Shown one piece after another: positions 60,497 through 64,000 of a DNA stretch of 64,000 nt (the first letter of the stretch is position 1; each line of letters opens with the position of its first letter). The translations under genes were made by a program, and so were the position numbers. The stretch is from Squalus acanthias (lineage: Eukaryota), in contig CM059432.1 of NCBI GenBank assembly GCA_030390025.1, positions 8,494,001-8,558,000 on the forward strand, read 5' to 3'. Under the pieces are notes generated by a model, which did no database searches, had not been told where the DNA came from, and was given only the letters and a program-made list of their open reading frames with translations.

Positions 60497-61195
60497 GATG
60501 ATGACCAGATAATCTGCTTTAGATTTTGATTGATGGTTAAACATTGGCCAGGACACCGGGGATAACTCCCCTGCTCTTCAAAATAGTGGTCATGATGCGG
60601 AGATGCCGGTGTTGGACTGGGGTGGACAAAATTGAGAGGTCGCACAACACCAGGTTATAGTCCAACAGTTTTATTTGAAATCACAAGCTTTCGGAGCTAT
60701 CGATTGCTCCTTCCTCAGGTGAAGTAAATTAGATACAGAATCGCCAAAGCATATATAGATAGAAAACAAAGCATGTGTACCTTACAATTGCAGACCACTA
60801 AATTAAATCATCCTGACTATCTGCCGAGGTGTGATAAAGTTAATTAAGTCAGCCAGGAAGGTACCACATCAAAGACATAGCAAGATACAACTGAGACAAT
60901 GAGGTGTAGTCGCAGGGGTTCTAACGTGTCAAAAGCTGCCGTCTGTATGTAAAACGAAAAGCTTTAAAATTTTTACTTTTTTACTGGGAGTGCCATAGGA
61001 TCTTTTACAACCACAGACGGGACCGCGGTTTAACATCTCATTCGAAAGACGGCACCTCCGACAGTGCAGCACTCCCTCAGTACTGCACTGGAGTGTCAGC
61101 CTAGATTTTTGTGATCAAGTCTCTGGAGTGGGACTTGAACCCACAATATTCTGACTCAGAGGCGAGGGTGCTACCTGCTGATCCATGGCTGACAC
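60497..61195 (-). mobile_element. DeuSINE interrupted by a PLE (preceded by a CR1 tail at 60340-60496)
   Basis: The SINE breaks at aaatagtggtca and resumes at agtgccataggatc. Confidence 0.85.
60593..60988 (-). mobile_element. Penelope-like pLTR (subfamily 2) with 3' extension; hammerhead at 60681-60722
   Basis: Minus strand reads TCAC-CTGAGGA-A-GGAGC-aatcgata-GCTCC-GAAA-GCTT-GTGA. Confidence 0.85.
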
Positions 61196-61377
61196 ATATG
61201 GCAGTGAGTTCCACATTCTCACCTCTGAGTGAAGATGTCTCTAAAATAAAATAAAATTCCCACTGTAACAGCGAAGATTTGATTGTGTTTTTTTTGAAAT
61301 ATGAAGATTGTTGAGAGGTAAATAAGGAAAGTCTATTTCCTCTGGGAGACAATACTGAAGGGTTTTCAATTTAGAAT

Positions 61378-62133
61378 TTTTTAAAAATTCGTTAATGGGA
61401 TGTGGGCATCGCTGGCAAGGCCAGCCTTTATTGCCCATCCCTAATTGCCCTTGAGAAGGTGGTGGTGAGCCGCCTTCTTGAACCGCTGCAGTCCGTGTGG
61501 TGAAGGTACTCCCACAGCGCTGTTAGGGAGGGAGTTCCAGGATTTTGACCCAGCGACGATGAAGGATCGGCCCGATATACTTCTAAGTCAGGATGGTGTG
61601 TGACTTGGAGGTGGAACTTGGAGGTGGTGGTGTTCCCATGCGCCTTCTGCCCTTGTCCTTCTAGGTGGAAGAGGTCGCGGGTTGGGGAGGTGCTGCCAAA
61701 GAAGCCTTGGCGAGTTGCTGCAGTGCATCTTGTAGATGGTACACACTGCAGCCACGGTACGCCGGTGGTGGAGGGAGTGAATGTTTGAGGTGGTGGATGG
61801 GGTGCCAATCAAGTGGGCTGCTTTGTCCTGGATTGTGTCGAGCTTCTTGAGTGTTGTTGGAGCTGCACTCATCCAGGCAAGTGGAGAATATTCCATCACA
61901 TTCCTGACTTGTGCCTTGTAGATGGTGGAAAGGCTTTGGGGAGTCAGGAGGGGAGACACTCACCACAGAATACCCAGCCTCTGACCTGCTCTTGTAGCCA
62001 CAGTATTTATGTGGCTGATCCAGTTAAGTTTCTGGTCAATGGTGACCCCCAGGATGTAGATGGGGGGGGGATTCGGTGATGGTAATGCCATTGAATGTCA
62101 AGGGGCGGTGGGTAGACTCCCGCTTGTTGGAGA
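61378..62133 (-). mobile_element. LINE-X 3' fragment
   Basis: LLTPQSLSTIYKAQVRNVMEYSPLAW. Confidence 0.85.
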
Positions 62134-62139
62134 CTAACT

Positions 62140-62805
62140 AATGGCAGGACAGGTAGATAAGGCGGTTAAAAAGGCATATGGGATACTTGCCTTCATTAGC
62201 AGAGGCATAGAATAGAAGAGCAGAGAGGTTATGATGGAGCTGTATAAAACGTTGGTTAGGCCACAGCTGGAATACTGTGTGCAGTTCTGGTCACCACACT
62301 ATAGGAAGGATGTGATTGCATTGGAGATGGTGCAGAGGAGATTCACCAGGATGTTACCTGGGCTGGAGCGCTTCAGCTATGAAGAGAGACTGGACAGGCT
62401 GGGGTTGTTTTCCTTAGAGCAGAGAAGGCTGAGGGGGGACCTGATTGAGGTGTACAAAATTATGAGGGGCATAGATAGGGTAGATAGAAAGGAACATTTC
62501 CCCTTAGTAGAGGGGTCAATAACCAGGGGGCATAGTTTCAAGGTAAGGGGCAGGAGGTTTAGAGGGGATTTGAGGAACAACTTTTTCACCCAGAGGGTGG
62601 TTGCAATCTGGAACTCACTGCCTGAAAGGGTGGTAGAGGCAGGAACCCTCACAACATTCAAGAAGCATTTAGATGAGCACTTGAAGCGCCATAGCATAGA
62701 AGGCTACGGACCAAGTGTGAAAAATGGGATTAGAATAGACAGGGCTTGATGGCCGGCGCGGACACGATGGGCCGAATGGCCTCTTTCTGTGCTGTATAAC
62801 TCTAT
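62140..62805 (+). mobile_element. CR1 3' end
   Basis: LYKTLVRPQLEYCVQFWSP...FFTQRVVAIWNSLP; its tail is interrupted by the MITE. Confidence 0.9.
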
Positions 62806-63705
62806 GGGGGAAAAAATTCAGTATCGCCCCGTTTGGGGCGCAATTATCGGCCGGGCACAAAGATTAGCGCCTGGCGCTAATTATCGCCTCTGACTGCAAA
62901 CTTGACTTTTATCGCCCCTGGAGGTGATTGGAGCGCTAAATCAGGCGCTACACATCTGTCTTAAGGCGCAAAGGCCGAGGAGCGAGGCGCTAACTCAGAG
63001 CACTGGCGAAGCTCATGTGATGTCAGTCAGCAATGGAAAACAGACACAATGGCGCCAGCCAGTTCTTAAAGGGGTGGGTTGATCTTGCTTTCCATTCACA
63101 TCCTGCTCATTGCAGCCTTGAATCTTGGCCTGGAGAGACCTGTACATCAAATCTGCTGGAAAGAACAATGGAGAGGCCCAGGGAAAGAGCTCAGAGTGCA
63201 ACCCCCACAGACTCTTCTAAATCGATACAAGGAAGGGCAAATCAAAATGAACCTGCAAAGTGCTGCTCAGTACCCAAAACTCCTTCACACAGCGTTGAAT
63301 CTCTCCAGAAGTCTCTCTCTCTCTCTCTCTCTCTCAGAATGCGTGGTTCAAAAATGTCACCAACAAAAAAAGGCAGGAAGCGGTCGCCTTTAAATAGTGC
63401 TCCCCCAGTCCCTTCCTGACTGCAAAACGCTCCCCTCAACCTGTCGTTGCTAGCGGCAGGCGGTAAGGCAGGGGACGCCACTCAATATCCACTCCGGGGC
63501 GCTGCCGGGGCGTTGCGCACTCGACTGACGTCACGATCTGCCGGCGCAGGAGATCGTGGCGGTAGTGTTTAGCGCCGCCGCAAAATGTCTCGTTAATTTT
63601 GTGGGCGGCGCAAACATCGCCGCGCCCGGGTGCTAGTTGCTTTGTGCCCCAGTAGCGCCCTGTTAAGGCGCTAACAGGAGGCGCAACCAACTGAATTTTT
63701 CCCCC
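62806..63705 (+). mobile_element. Harbinger-type MITE, family A, copy 4
   Basis: TIRs GGGGGAAAAA..TTTTTCCCCC; perfect TSD TAT/TAT in the CR1 tail. Confidence 0.9.
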
Positions 63706-64000
63706 TATGATTCTAATTGTCACTAACAGAGTGAGGTAAAAGGTTCGGAGGAATTTATTAGAGCATGCAATGCTTTGCCACATATAATAGTTGAAGCAGA
63801 GAACTTTGCACCTTTTAAGATGAAAGTGGATAAACATTTGAAGTGAAGGAAGATACAGAGGACTGAGCGGGGTAGTGGGATTCGCTGTGAATCGTTCCAG
63901 CAGAGAGCTGGCACAGACATGGTGAGTCAAATGGCCTCCTTCAATGCTGTGAAGTTCTCTGGTTCCATGACTTAACCTATAAGAAGTGGTCAGATTTCAA

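Overview
Eukaryotic, repeat-saturated intergenic or intronic DNA, most likely from a cartilaginous fish (shark), judged from HE1/V-SINE, SacSINE1-like DeuSINEs and shark-type CR1 LINEs. I found no host protein-coding exon that I can support. The window is a nested mosaic of: (1) many CR1 LINEs, including one near-full-length copy with SGNH-esterase ORF1, APE endonuclease and RT (56710-60338) and one 5'-truncated copy with an intact 508-aa RT frame (52561-54087); (2) L2 and RTE fragments and a second CR1/L2-group LINE family; (3) three tRNA-derived SINE families; (4) six Penelope-like (PLE) termini carrying minimal hammerhead ribozymes, two of them fold-back insertions; (5) a PIF/Harbinger system made of a 4.2-kb element with a spliced Myb/SANT gene, two HARBI1-like DDE transposase pseudogenes and at least ten MITEs with 3-bp TSDs. 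The most notable observations are a 244-bp palindromic PLE insert with identical hammerheads on both strands, repeated insertions into one ~55-bp window of the DeuSINE, an unexplained 403-bp sequence captured inside a SINE fragment, and a head-to-head composite MITE. Family names come from recognition, not database searches, and boundaries of old fragments are approximate.
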